Below, in pieces: positions 27,121 to 35,192 of a stretch of DNA of 42,852 nucleotides. Origin of the DNA: an uncultured Candidatus Saccharibacteria bacterium (GTDB lineage Bacteria; Patescibacteriota; Minisyncoccia; UBA6257; Colwellbacteraceae); contig CAYHTW010000003.1 in NCBI GenBank assembly GCA_964360065.1, positions 1-42,852 on the forward strand, written 5' to 3'. The notes below the pieces were generated by a model that ran no database searches, was not told the DNA's origin, and worked only from the letters and a program-made list of their open reading frames with translations. The position numbers and the translations under genes were made by a program. The stretch's first letter is position 1. Each line of letters starts with the position of its first letter.

Positions 27121-29175
27121 TCACATCTTTTCTAGGGTAAGATCTATTATCAACCGTGACGGTATAGTATCGGTTTTATAGTGATAAATAAAGTCATTGG
27201 ACTCGGCCCACTTGTAACCAGGTGGTGTTTCTACGATGTAATCAAAGCTGGAATCCACTCCGGATTGCTTATCTAAAACAAACTGAAACTTAGCCCCATG
27301 GATTAAATTTACTCTTCTCGTGCTCTGGTAAGTTTCATCCAACTCTTTAGATTTCCCCGCCGCAATATTAAACCACGTTCCAAAGACAGCTTTGCCATTT
27401 TCTTCATAAGAATAAGCGTTAAATTCTTTTAATTGTTGCTCGGTGCTTTCCACCGCCGCTAAATCAGGATCAGTAAGGTATTTAACTGACTTATAATTCA
27501 CCAAAGGCGTCACGGTTTTCGGCGTATTCCCGGCCAGAGCTGTCAGTCTGGACCCGGGTAAAGTAAAAACTTTAAGAAAGTTGATGTTAGCAACCCGATA
27601 CCAGCTTTGTTTCTGATTTTGTCCATTATGGACCCTTATGATTTTCAGATTGTCGGTAATAAAACCACGCTCATCGATTTTGGAAACCAACTGCACTTGT
27701 TGATTCATAAAGATGTCTGTTCTCCCGCCTGCCACATTCGTATTTACCACAGCTAGATAATCACCGTTCCAATTGGAGGCTATGGCGTAGGCTTCACCGC
27801 TAAAACTAAGCAATTTTACTATATTTTGTAGTTTCTGGTCTTTAAAATAAAATTTAATGTCTTTATTGCTAAGCCTATAACCTATAGCTTCTTCCAGGGT
27901 TCTTTTCTCGGATTTGTTTAAAGAGCTTAATTTTTCAATCAGCTTTGGCAGAATAAATTTCATAATCTTTTTGGGATTCTGGCCCGGAATATTGTCTCGG
28001 CCAGCTTCCATCTGATACTGCGCCTGCTCTAGAAAGTTTTTATCGTTCAGGATTAAACCGTATTCGGGCATTTCTATGGGGCCAGTAACCAGAAGAAAAT
28101 CTTGTATTATTTTCAGATTTACGGCTATTACTCCTTGAAATTTAATTCCTGGATCCTCGTAAACCGATGACTCTTCTATAAACTGAATAGTTTTTTTAGC
28201 CGAATCCGGGAAATTAAAGAACCAGTTGGCATCTCTCGCTCTCCAAGTCCCTGTTATACCCTGTAATTGTTTGGGCGGAACAATATTCAAATCCAAGAAC
28301 CTGTCAGGGCGATAAATATCATCAACGCTAATATTTTTAACGCGGCCGTTACCGACAGTCATATCTGCATAACTGCCTACAAATCCCCCGCTGGGCCTGA
28401 TTTCAGAAGGATTTTCAAAAAAAGCCAAGAGATGCATATCCCCCGGCTGGTCTAGTATACTTATTAAAGCGTCCAGACCTTCTATCGCCTTGCCTGCTTT
28501 AAGGTTGAAATCAACATATTGAGCCGAATTTTCAGCAGATAGGACTCCCGTTCCAGAGACAATATTCCGCAAGTCGCCAGCTACGCTGTTCACGATTGCG
28601 ATATTACCTCTTAAACGCCTCAAAAGCTCCAGTGTATTACCATCATCAAACCCCAAAACCATTCCAAGTCCCGAAGACTTGAGTTGCCTAATCACCTCAT
28701 TAAGATCTCCTAGGGTAGCAGTAAGATTGGCTACCTTAGAGATAATCTCTGGAATCTGTTTTAAAATCGGCACGAATGAAAAAATATCCACTATGCCATA
28801 CATATCTATTGCTTCCGTATTAAACTGAATGGACTTACCTGCGACATTCGAGTCAAAACCAGAAAACTGCGTGCCAGCAAACTTGAGATTGTCGTAAATA
28901 GCGCTAACAGCCAAGAGCGATTTGCTTTTCAAATCTAAAAGATACCAACCGGAAAAGACGCCGATTAAAAACAACGCAATAGTTAGAAATAATAGTGATT
29001 TTTTGATAAGACGCAGTTTACTTTCTTGGATAATAAACTCTTTGCTAACAATCCCGTGCTCCGGAGCGAATGATTTCGCTCCTTCGCTTTTTAAGAACTC
29101 CCTCGCTTTCACATCCATGGGATGCTTCACATCAGAAAGAACTGGATGAATATTTTTTTTGGAACGAGGTTTCAT
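27121..29175 (-). CDS. DUF4012-like membrane-anchored protein
   Basis: N.SE.RPSGGF.GS, RDANW..NFP.SA, VVN.N..G and KQSG. Confidence 0.8.
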   Translation of the reverse strand: MKPRSKKNIHPVLSDVKHPMDVKAREFLKSEGAKSFAPEHGIVSKEFIIQESKLRLIKKSLLFLTIALFLIGVFSGWYLLDLKSKSLLAVSAIYDNLKFAGTQFSGFDSNVAGKSIQFNTEAIDMYGIVDIFSFVPILKQIPEIISKVANLTATLGDLNEVIRQLKSSGLGMVLGFDDGNTLELLRRLRGNIAIVNSVAGDLRNIVSGTGVLSAENSAQYVDFNLKAGKAIEGLDALISILDQPGDMHLLAFFENPSEIRPSGGFVGSYADMTVGNGRVKNISVDDIYRPDRFLDLNIVPPKQLQGITGTWRARDANWFFNFPDSAKKTIQFIEESSVYEDPGIKFQGVIAVNLKIIQDFLLVTGPIEMPEYGLILNDKNFLEQAQYQMEAGRDNIPGQNPKKIMKFILPKLIEKLSSLNKSEKRTLEEAIGYRLSNKDIKFYFKDQKLQNIVKLLSFSGEAYAIASNWNGDYLAVVNTNVAGGRTDIFMNQQVQLVSKIDERGFITDNLKIIRVHNGQNQKQSWYRVANINFLKVFTLPGSRLTALAGNTPKTVTPLVNYKSVKYLTDPDLAAVESTEQQLKEFNAYSYEENGKAVFGTWFNIAAGKSKELDETYQSTRRVNLIHGAKFQFVLDKQSGVDSSFDYIVETPPGYKWAESNDFIYHYKTDTIPSRLIIDLTLEKM

Positions 29176-29241
29176 GAATATAAAGAATTATATATTAGAA
29201 ACGTAACGAAAGCTTATAATTTCATACCGCCGGCAACCTCA

Positions 29242-29270
29242 TTGACATTTCGCCTTTTTTGTTGTATAAT
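29242..29270 (+). promoter_or_regulatory. Consensus sigma70 promoter, cassette 1
   Basis: TTGACA-17 bp-TATAAT, a perfect match. Confidence 0.9.
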
Positions 29271-29344
29271 GCAAGAATCCTGAAAAGGATGCCTGTTATT
29301 TAATAATTAATCGCAGTTAGTCCAAAAGATTAATTGCCACATGT

Positions 29345-29704
29345 ATGACTAAATCGCAGAAAGCCATCCGCGACAAGTGGTTTGAGCTTCGGCAGACGAT
29401 TCGCAACGAAATAGCTTTTCGTAAGAATCCTCTTCTCTGGGGCAAACTTATCCTTGATATCGTGAGTAATAATTCCAGATTCCCCGTCAAATACAAATGG
29501 CCGATGATCCACGTGGTCATCGAAGAGTTTGAAAAAACTCCCGTGAGTCACTTCGACTCGGATTATCTCGGTAAGATGTACCACGATGCCTCTATAAGGC
29601 AGTATCAAGGATATGGGAAGAAAGCTGTGTATCTGAGAAATGGCTTTCGAAGTCTTCTCTCGAAAGTCGAAGACAGGCTTAATAATATGCCTGGTCTCGG
29701 TTGA
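29345..29704 (+). CDS. Orphan hypothetical protein, cassette 1 (119 aa)
   Basis: ATG ORF between a perfect promoter and a terminator. Confidence 0.7.
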   Translation: MTKSQKAIRDKWFELRQTIRNEIAFRKNPLLWGKLILDIVSNNSRFPVKYKWPMIHVVIEEFEKTPVSHFDSDYLGKMYHDASIRQYQGYGKKAVYLRNGFRSLLSKVEDRLNNMPGLG

Positions 29705-29753
29705 ACCTTCCTGGTTCACGCACTTAATCCCCTCACCTAGTCGCGTGTGACGT

Positions 29754-29781
29754 AAAAGAGAGCTCTAACAAGCTCTCTTTT
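29754..29781 (+). terminator. Intrinsic terminator, cassette 1
   Basis: AAAAGAGAGCT-ctaaca-AGCTCTCTTTT. Confidence 0.85.
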
Positions 29782-29808
29782 CAATCAACATTCGAAAAAA
29801 TAACTATA

Positions 29809-29837
29809 TTGACAAAAAGACGATTATATAGTACTAT
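29809..29837 (+). promoter_or_regulatory. Sigma70 promoter, cassette 2
   Basis: TTGACA-17 bp-TACTAT. Confidence 0.75.
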
Positions 29838-29982
29838 TTTAGGTACAGTCATCGAGGGATTTATCTCTTGTTGGACCGTAAAGGTCGAACTAAGAGCGAG
29901 TCTCCCGGGTTCGCTCTTTTATAAATTAATTTTACGTTCGCGAGAACTGCCATTAGGCAATAAACGCGAATCGTCGCGACAT

Positions 29983-30339
29983 ATGTATGAACCAAGCACT
30001 ATCTATACTCTACAAAATAGAGCTATGGGCCTCATTAAAAATGGGGGGTCTCCGAGAAAGTATCTTGACGTTGTTATGCAACTTAAGTTCTTTCCGGATC
30101 AATGGGAACTCTGCCAAAAGTTGGTGCGTAAAGCTTATGAAGAGCTATGTAGGAATCACAATGGTGATTTCGAAACGTATCGCCTTCTCTGTTATACGGG
30201 GGTTATGTTTTTTGCCAAGTCCCCGACAAGAGACCGGGCTATTGCTTTATTCGCCTTCGAGAAAATGAAAGAAACGAAATCGAAGTCGAAACATCAGCGA
30301 GTCGTCCTTGAGTATTGGTTGATGCTCAAAAGAAGCTAA
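29983..30339 (+). CDS. Orphan hypothetical protein, cassette 2 (118 aa); paralog of cassette 3
   Basis: ATG 29983 (MYEPST...). The track's TTG start at 29809 is the -35 box. Confidence 0.72.
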   Translation: MYEPSTIYTLQNRAMGLIKNGGSPRKYLDVVMQLKFFPDQWELCQKLVRKAYEELCRNHNGDFETYRLLCYTGVMFFAKSPTRDRAIALFAFEKMKETKSKSKHQRVVLEYWLMLKRS

Positions 30340-30363
30340 GAAGTCGCGTGAGTTAATAGACAA

Positions 30364-30398
30364 AAAATAGCGCTCCCCGCAAGGAAGAGCGCTATTTT
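30364..30398 (+). terminator. Intrinsic terminator, cassette 2
   Basis: AAAATAGCGCTC...GAGCGCTATTTT. Confidence 0.85.
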
Positions 30399-30464
30399 AT
30401 TGCGGATAGCGAGGAGTGAAACGACAAGGAGTAAGACGAACTTTCATATTTACATTTTACTCTT

Positions 30465-30493
30465 TTGACAAGAAATAAATATTATGGTATAAG
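30465..30493 (+). promoter_or_regulatory. Sigma70 promoter, cassette 3
   Basis: TTGACA-17 bp-TATAAG with a TGn extension. Confidence 0.78.
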
Positions 30494-30564
30494 TACATAA
30501 CCTGAAGCATTACTGACGGTCGAATGCTTCGTTGATCTTTAATAATTTAATTAACGTCACAACT

Positions 30565-30831
30565 ATGAAATTGCAAAGACTATTGCGATCATCGGCGCTT
30601 GCTACCCTACTCTTGAAAGAGCCGGTATACCCTCTCCGAGATTTGAGAAACGAACTCGATGCCATCATAAAAAACGATGGGGAACCAGGAAAGTATGTAG
30701 AATTGTACTACAAAATTCCTGCTTTTATGAAGAATTTAAGGAATAAATTTTTCGAGAGGATATTCCGGAAAGCAAAACGTGAAAACTGGAAAGTAGAAAA
30801 ACTTGCCGCGATCGCAAGCGAGATATATTAA
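30565..30831 (+). CDS. Orphan hypothetical protein, cassette 3 (88 aa)
   Basis: ATG 30565; shares L.N.....IKN.G.P.KY with the cassette 2 protein. Confidence 0.72.
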   Translation: MKLQRLLRSSALATLLLKEPVYPLRDLRNELDAIIKNDGEPGKYVELYYKIPAFMKNLRNKFFERIFRKAKRENWKVEKLAAIASEIY

Positions 30832-30832
30832 A

Positions 30833-30862
30833 AAATAGCACCCACTCCAATGGGTGCTATTT
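30833..30862. terminator. Terminator, probably bidirectional (cassette 3 and secA)
   Basis: AAATAGCACCCA-ctccaa-TGGGTGCTATTT. Confidence 0.82.
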
Positions 30863-30968
30863 CATTGCGGAAAACATGACGACGTCTATATTTCTTACTG
30901 CTGCCGTCCGCCTTCTCTGCCAACTGGTGGATTCGGCGGGACTCCGCTCGTCTTTACGGTACTAAACG

Positions 30969-33497
30969 TTAGCGACCATGGCAACGCTTATATTTTATTG
31001 GATGCCCACTTTGATCTTTCGCTCCGCATGGACAAGGGTCATTTCGTCCCACATCTTTAAACTCAACTTTTTTAGGTTGGGCTGCCTGTGTAGATGTTTC
31101 TACTTGAGGTAACTTCTCCAGTTTAAAAACATTTATAAAGGCCCACGATTCAAAAGTCGCAGTCATGGTGTCAAAAAGGATCTTACTTTCCCTACGGTAT
31201 TCAACGAGTGGGTCTTTCTGTCCATAAGCGCGAAGCCTGACAGACTCCACCAGAGCTTCAATGTCTTCCAAGTGGTTCATCCAGAAGAAATCCAAGACAC
31301 TCAAAGCATGGATTCTAGCAGCATTCAGATTTTCGTGGATACGCAACCTCTTACTAATCTCTTCCGTGGCCTCTTCTATACTCTTCGCCTCGAGCCCCCC
31401 CTCCTTCAAGGCTTTCTGCATCTCTTCGTGAGACAACTCGGACTTTTCTATCTTGTCAAGATACCCAAGCATCACCTCTTCCAAGAATGAAACCAAACCA
31501 TCTTTATCTATGGCATTCAAAACTCTCTGTCGTTTACCGTAGAAATTTAAGCGCTGTTTATTCAAAATATCGTCGTAATCCAATAAGTGTTTACGCATAT
31601 CAAAATTAAAACCTTCGATCTTCCCCTGGGCCTGTGAAACAGAACGGGAAACCAACTTATTCTCTATTGGCACATCTGCTGGCAGATCAAATCTCTCCAT
31701 CATATTCTTAATTCTGTCACCACCGAAGATTCTCAAGAGATCATCCTCTAAAGACAAAAAGAATTGCGAAGAACCAGGATCTCCCTGACGTCCGCTGCGG
31801 CCTCGGAGCTGGTTGTCTATGCGTCTTGCTTCGTGACGCTCTGTGCCAATAACATGGAGTCCACCGGCGTTTTTTACTTTCTCCGCTTGTTCCGCAACCG
31901 GCGGATTGCCCCCTAAGATGATGTCCACGCCACGACCAGCCATGTTGGTTGCAACGGTCACGGCTCCTTCCCTGCCAGCTTGCGCAATAATCTGACCTTC
32001 TCTCTCGTGGTTCTTGGCATTCAACATTTCGTGTGGCACTCCTTCAGCTTTAAGATAACTGGAAAGAACTTCGTTCTTCTCTATAGAAACAGTACCTATT
32101 AAGACTGGTTGACCTGCCTCATTCTTTTTCTTAACCTCACGAGCTATAGCTTTATATTTAGCATCCAGATCTTTATAGATACTGTCTGACACATCTTTCC
32201 TGACATTGGGCCTGTTGGTCGGGATAGTAATTACCTCTAAACCATAAACTTTGTGGAACTCTTCAGCTGAAGTCTGGGCAGTTCCAGTCATACCGGAAAT
32301 CTTTTTATAAAGACGAAAATAATTCTGAATAGTAATTTGAGCCAGGGTCTTAGTCTCATCCTGAATCTTAACTCCTTCTTTGGCTTCCACGGCTTGATGT
32401 ATACCGACTGACCACCTCCTGCCCACCATTAATCTTCCAGTAAACTGGTCCACTATAACGACTTCTCCGTTCCTGACCACATAGTCCCTGTCTCGTAAGA
32501 AAAGTGCCTTAGCCTTAAGACTCGCTTCTAAATAATGGACCAAGCGTAAGTTTTCCATACTGTAAAGATTTTTAACGCCGACCATCATCTCAACTTTATT
32601 AATACCCTCGTCGGTTATACTTACCGACTTTAACTTTTCGTCAACCACATAATCCTCTACTTCTTGAAGTCTGACGGCCGCTCTCGTAAAAGTCTTGTAG
32701 AACTCGGATGATTCTCTATCAGCCATGGAAATAATAAGAGGTGTACGAGCTTCATCTATTAAAATAGAGTCTACTTCGTCTATGATGGCGTAATTTAAAC
32801 CTCTCTGGACTTGATTGGTTATGTCCTGGACCAGATTGTCTCTTAAATAGTCAAAACCGAATTCGTGGTTCGTCCCATAAGTTATATCGGCCGCATAGGC
32901 TTCACGCCTCGTAATAGGCCTCAGAAACTCGGTCTGTACCAGGAAACTTCCGGTAGTGTCCCTTTCTTTGTCTATCAGGGCCTCACCATCCTGAGGGATC
33001 TTGAATGTCGGGTCATAAAGAAAAGCGCCTTCGTGAACCAAGCAGGCTACTTTGAGACCCAAAAAGTCATAGATCTGACCCATCCAAACAGCATCTCTTT
33101 TAGCCAAGTATTCATTGACTGTAATAATATGCACTCCCTTACCGGCAAGAGCATTAAGATAAATCGGAGCAGTAGAAGAAAGTGTTTTCCCTTCACCGGT
33201 AGACATTTCAGCTATCTCACCGCGGTGCAGAACTATGCCTCCCCATAACTGGACATCATAATGTCTCTGCCGCAACGTTCGCCTCGCCACTTCCCGGACT
33301 AACGCATATGCCTTAGGGAGATATTTGTCTAGATCGCCATCCTCGGTAATATATTCTTTAATAGCCAAACTTTCCTTTTTAAGTTCGTCGTCAGGCAGTT
33401 CCTTAATTCCCGCCTCCAAGGCGTTTATTTCATCAATCTGCACAGGTCGAGGACTACTATAAGAACCAAATAGGTTCTTTAAAAAACCAGGAAACAT
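30969..33497 (-). CDS. secA: Preprotein translocase SecA
   Basis: EM.TGEGKT, DEVDSILIDEARTPLIIS, ATNMAGRG.DI, RRIDNQLRGRSGRQGDPG and SEC-C motif GRNDPCPCG. Confidence 0.97.
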   Translation of the reverse strand: MFPGFLKNLFGSYSSPRPVQIDEINALEAGIKELPDDELKKESLAIKEYITEDGDLDKYLPKAYALVREVARRTLRQRHYDVQLWGGIVLHRGEIAEMSTGEGKTLSSTAPIYLNALAGKGVHIITVNEYLAKRDAVWMGQIYDFLGLKVACLVHEGAFLYDPTFKIPQDGEALIDKERDTTGSFLVQTEFLRPITRREAYAADITYGTNHEFGFDYLRDNLVQDITNQVQRGLNYAIIDEVDSILIDEARTPLIISMADRESSEFYKTFTRAAVRLQEVEDYVVDEKLKSVSITDEGINKVEMMVGVKNLYSMENLRLVHYLEASLKAKALFLRDRDYVVRNGEVVIVDQFTGRLMVGRRWSVGIHQAVEAKEGVKIQDETKTLAQITIQNYFRLYKKISGMTGTAQTSAEEFHKVYGLEVITIPTNRPNVRKDVSDSIYKDLDAKYKAIAREVKKKNEAGQPVLIGTVSIEKNEVLSSYLKAEGVPHEMLNAKNHEREGQIIAQAGREGAVTVATNMAGRGVDIILGGNPPVAEQAEKVKNAGGLHVIGTERHEARRIDNQLRGRSGRQGDPGSSQFFLSLEDDLLRIFGGDRIKNMMERFDLPADVPIENKLVSRSVSQAQGKIEGFNFDMRKHLLDYDDILNKQRLNFYGKRQRVLNAIDKDGLVSFLEEVMLGYLDKIEKSELSHEEMQKALKEGGLEAKSIEEATEEISKRLRIHENLNAARIHALSVLDFFWMNHLEDIEALVESVRLRAYGQKDPLVEYRRESKILFDTMTATFESWAFINVFKLEKLPQVETSTQAAQPKKVEFKDVGRNDPCPCGAKDQSGHPIKYKRCHGR

Positions 33498-33504
33498 TTA
33501 TCTG

Positions 33505-33816
33505 TTAAATATGTTTTTCTTTATACTTCTCAATCTCACGCTTGAGTTTATCCTTGACGGCATCTATAGCGGCGTAAGCATCGTCCGTATCTTCTTCGGC
33601 TCGGAGCACTTCATGGGGCAAGTCCAGATTAGCGTCAACGTGGAAAACGTCTCCATGTTTGTGATGCCTCGTTGACCTGCCTACCTCAACCCTGGCCTTT
33701 ATAGAGTCCTTCTGGAGGCTTCCTAAGGGCCTGTCTAAGTCATTAAACTTCTCTTCTATATAGGCTTTTAAGGCTGGGGTTAAATCTAGGTCAGTGGCTT
33801 TAATAATGATTTTCAT
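33505..33816 (-). CDS. hpf: Ribosome hibernation factor HPF/RaiA (short form)
   Basis: LTPALK.YIEEK and D.YAAID...DKL.R...KYK; ATG 33816. Confidence 0.9.
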   Translation of the reverse strand: MKIIIKATDLDLTPALKAYIEEKFNDLDRPLGSLQKDSIKARVEVGRSTRHHKHGDVFHVDANLDLPHEVLRAEEDTDDAYAAIDAVKDKLKREIEKYKEKHI

Positions 33817-33849
33817 ATCTACCATTATATTAATCCCAAGCCCCAAAAG

Positions 33850-33884
33850 CAAAGTCCCCGCCGGATTACTCCGTGGGGACTTTG
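33850..33884 (-). terminator. Hairpin terminator downstream of the micro-ORF
   Basis: CAAAGTCCCC...GGGGACTTTG; the minus strand continues CTTTT. Confidence 0.75.
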
Positions 33885-33916
33885 TATTCCGCCAGTAGAC
33901 GGATTTGAAAGAGAGT

Positions 33917-33985
33917 TTACCTCTTTCTCTTAGAAGTCTTCTTAGCTTTTTTCTTAGAAGTCTTCTTAGCTTTTTTCTTTGCCAT
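33917..33985 (-). CDS. 22-aa lysine-rich micro-protein MAKKKAKKTSKKKAKKTSKRKR
   Basis: Manual translation from ATG 33985 to TAA 33917; internal 24-bp tandem repeat; upstream TATAAT and downstream terminator. Confidence 0.7.
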   Translation of the reverse strand: MAKKKAKKTSKKKAKKTSKRKR

Positions 33986-34082
33986 TGTTTCTATAATATT
34001 TGGTTTTGGTCTGTCGACTTTCAAACCAATTTTATTTTCAAACTACATTGATATTATATAACAAATTGAATTTTAAAAACAC

Positions 34083-34091
34083 TGTGGATAA
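34083..34091 (-). promoter_or_regulatory. Single consensus DnaA box TTATCCACA
   Basis: TGTGGATAA on the + strand, intergenic. Confidence 0.45.
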
Positions 34092-34097
34092 CTTTTT

Positions 34098-34113
34098 TCC
34101 GCCAGCTGGCGGA
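34098..34113. repeat. Short palindrome TCCGCCAGCTGGCGGA
   Basis: Perfect 16-bp palindrome abutting the murB stop; related copies at 33888-33903 and 41318-41347. Confidence 0.75.
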
Positions 34114-35037
34114 CTAAAAAATTAGAATCTCTTCTTCTAGCTCTACACCAAACTTTTCTTTGACTTCTGACTTCGCGAGTTCAATAAGACTTTTTACATC
34201 TGATGCTGTCGCGCCAAAGACATTCACAATAAAATTAGGATGCTTAGGAGATATCATCGCTCCGCCGCAAGCGACTCCCTGCAACTTCGCTTCCGATAAC
34301 AAATACGCTGTCGGAACTACCGGAAATGGGTCTTGTTTGATAGGAGCTCTAAAGTCAGGATGCCCTAAATGAGGATAGTCGGCAAAAACAACATTCTTAA
34401 AGACACTGCCGACATTAAAGTGATCTAGGGGGTGTCTCTGCTTTCTATAGGCGATTCTACTCTCCACCTTTTCTTTTATCTCACTGCCAGATCCTGGAGT
34501 AAGCGTTAAGGTCGCCTCAATAATAATTTCATTCCTATCTAACTTAAAGACACTCGTCCGGTAGCCGAAGCCGCATTCCTTGCGGCATCTTTCAGTTAAC
34601 TTCATCCTTTGTGTATCAAAACTTATAATCCTTTCCACCGCATCTTTTAATTCTCCACCAAAAGCTCCGGCGTTCCCGCGCAAAGCTCCGCCGAAGGTTC
34701 CCGGCAAGCCTCCAGCCCATTCCAACCCAGAAAGATTATTTTCTACTGATAAATTAACTAGTTCCGTCATATTTACTCCGGCGCCGGCTGTGATCTTGTT
34801 GCCTACCACACCCAGATTTATAAAATCCGGTTTTAAAACTAAGCCCTCGTAATCGGCATCGCTGAAAAGAATATTCGTGCCTCCTCCTAAAATGAAAAAA
34901 GGAAGACGCCTTTTCTTGGCGTCTTCCACGGTATTAATAAGATCCTCCAAAGTTTTTGCTCTCTTGAAGAATCTGGCTTCTCCTCCGATTTTGAAACTTC
35001 CTAAATTTTTGAGCTTAACGCCAGTTTCAAAATCCAT
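34114..35037 (-). CDS. murB: UDP-N-acetylenolpyruvoylglucosamine reductase
   Basis: IGG.A, LGGGTN, GLPGT.GGA..GNAGAFG, FGYR.S.F, GS.FKN, KH.NF.VN and LE.E. Confidence 0.95.
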   Translation of the reverse strand: MDFETGVKLKNLGSFKIGGEARFFKRAKTLEDLINTVEDAKKRRLPFFILGGGTNILFSDADYEGLVLKPDFINLGVVGNKITAGAGVNMTELVNLSVENNLSGLEWAGGLPGTFGGALRGNAGAFGGELKDAVERIISFDTQRMKLTERCRKECGFGYRTSVFKLDRNEIIIEATLTLTPGSGSEIKEKVESRIAYRKQRHPLDHFNVGSVFKNVVFADYPHLGHPDFRAPIKQDPFPVVPTAYLLSEAKLQGVACGGAMISPKHPNFIVNVFGATASDVKSLIELAKSEVKEKFGVELEEEILIF

Positions 35038-35114
35038 TTATTAAAAGGGCGGTAGTGGTGACCTCCATAATTTGTTGTTAAGTGAGTGCTCGTCCTACCG
35101 CCCGGATTTATTCT

Positions 35115-35181
35115 ACCCCGTTAGAAGTAGGATATCAAAGACGTCAACCGATGTGTAAAAGCATCAGACTTCTAACTGAGC
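35115..35181. repeat. Small inverted-repeat element ACCCCGTTAGAAGT...ACTTCTAAC
   Basis: 9-bp arms GTTAGAAGT/ACTTCTAAC with an inner GATG/CATC stem. Confidence 0.55.
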
Positions 35182-35192
35182 CTACTAATAAT

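Noticed and set aside
29330-29719. 129-aa antisense ORF covering cassette 1 ORF
   Set aside because: The promoter and terminator both point to the + strand; this is most likely a shadow ORF.
29809-29982. N-terminal extension of the 176-aa track ORF
   Set aside because: Its TTG start is the -35 hexamer and the region is a structured leader; paralog similarity begins at ATG 29983.
29700-30420. Integron attC interpretation of the cassette array
   Set aside because: No convincing RYYYAAC/GTTRRRY pairs and no integrase in the window; each unit has its own promoter and terminator.
13271-34020. Recurring GGTCG/GTCGA motif in leader hairpins (near 13280, 29883, 30518, 34013)
   Set aside because: A 5-mer is too short to separate from chance without genome-wide statistics.
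34083-34091. Replication origin
   Set aside because: Only one intergenic DnaA box; the other matches (7951, 18406) are inside genes, and dnaA/dnaN are not nearby.
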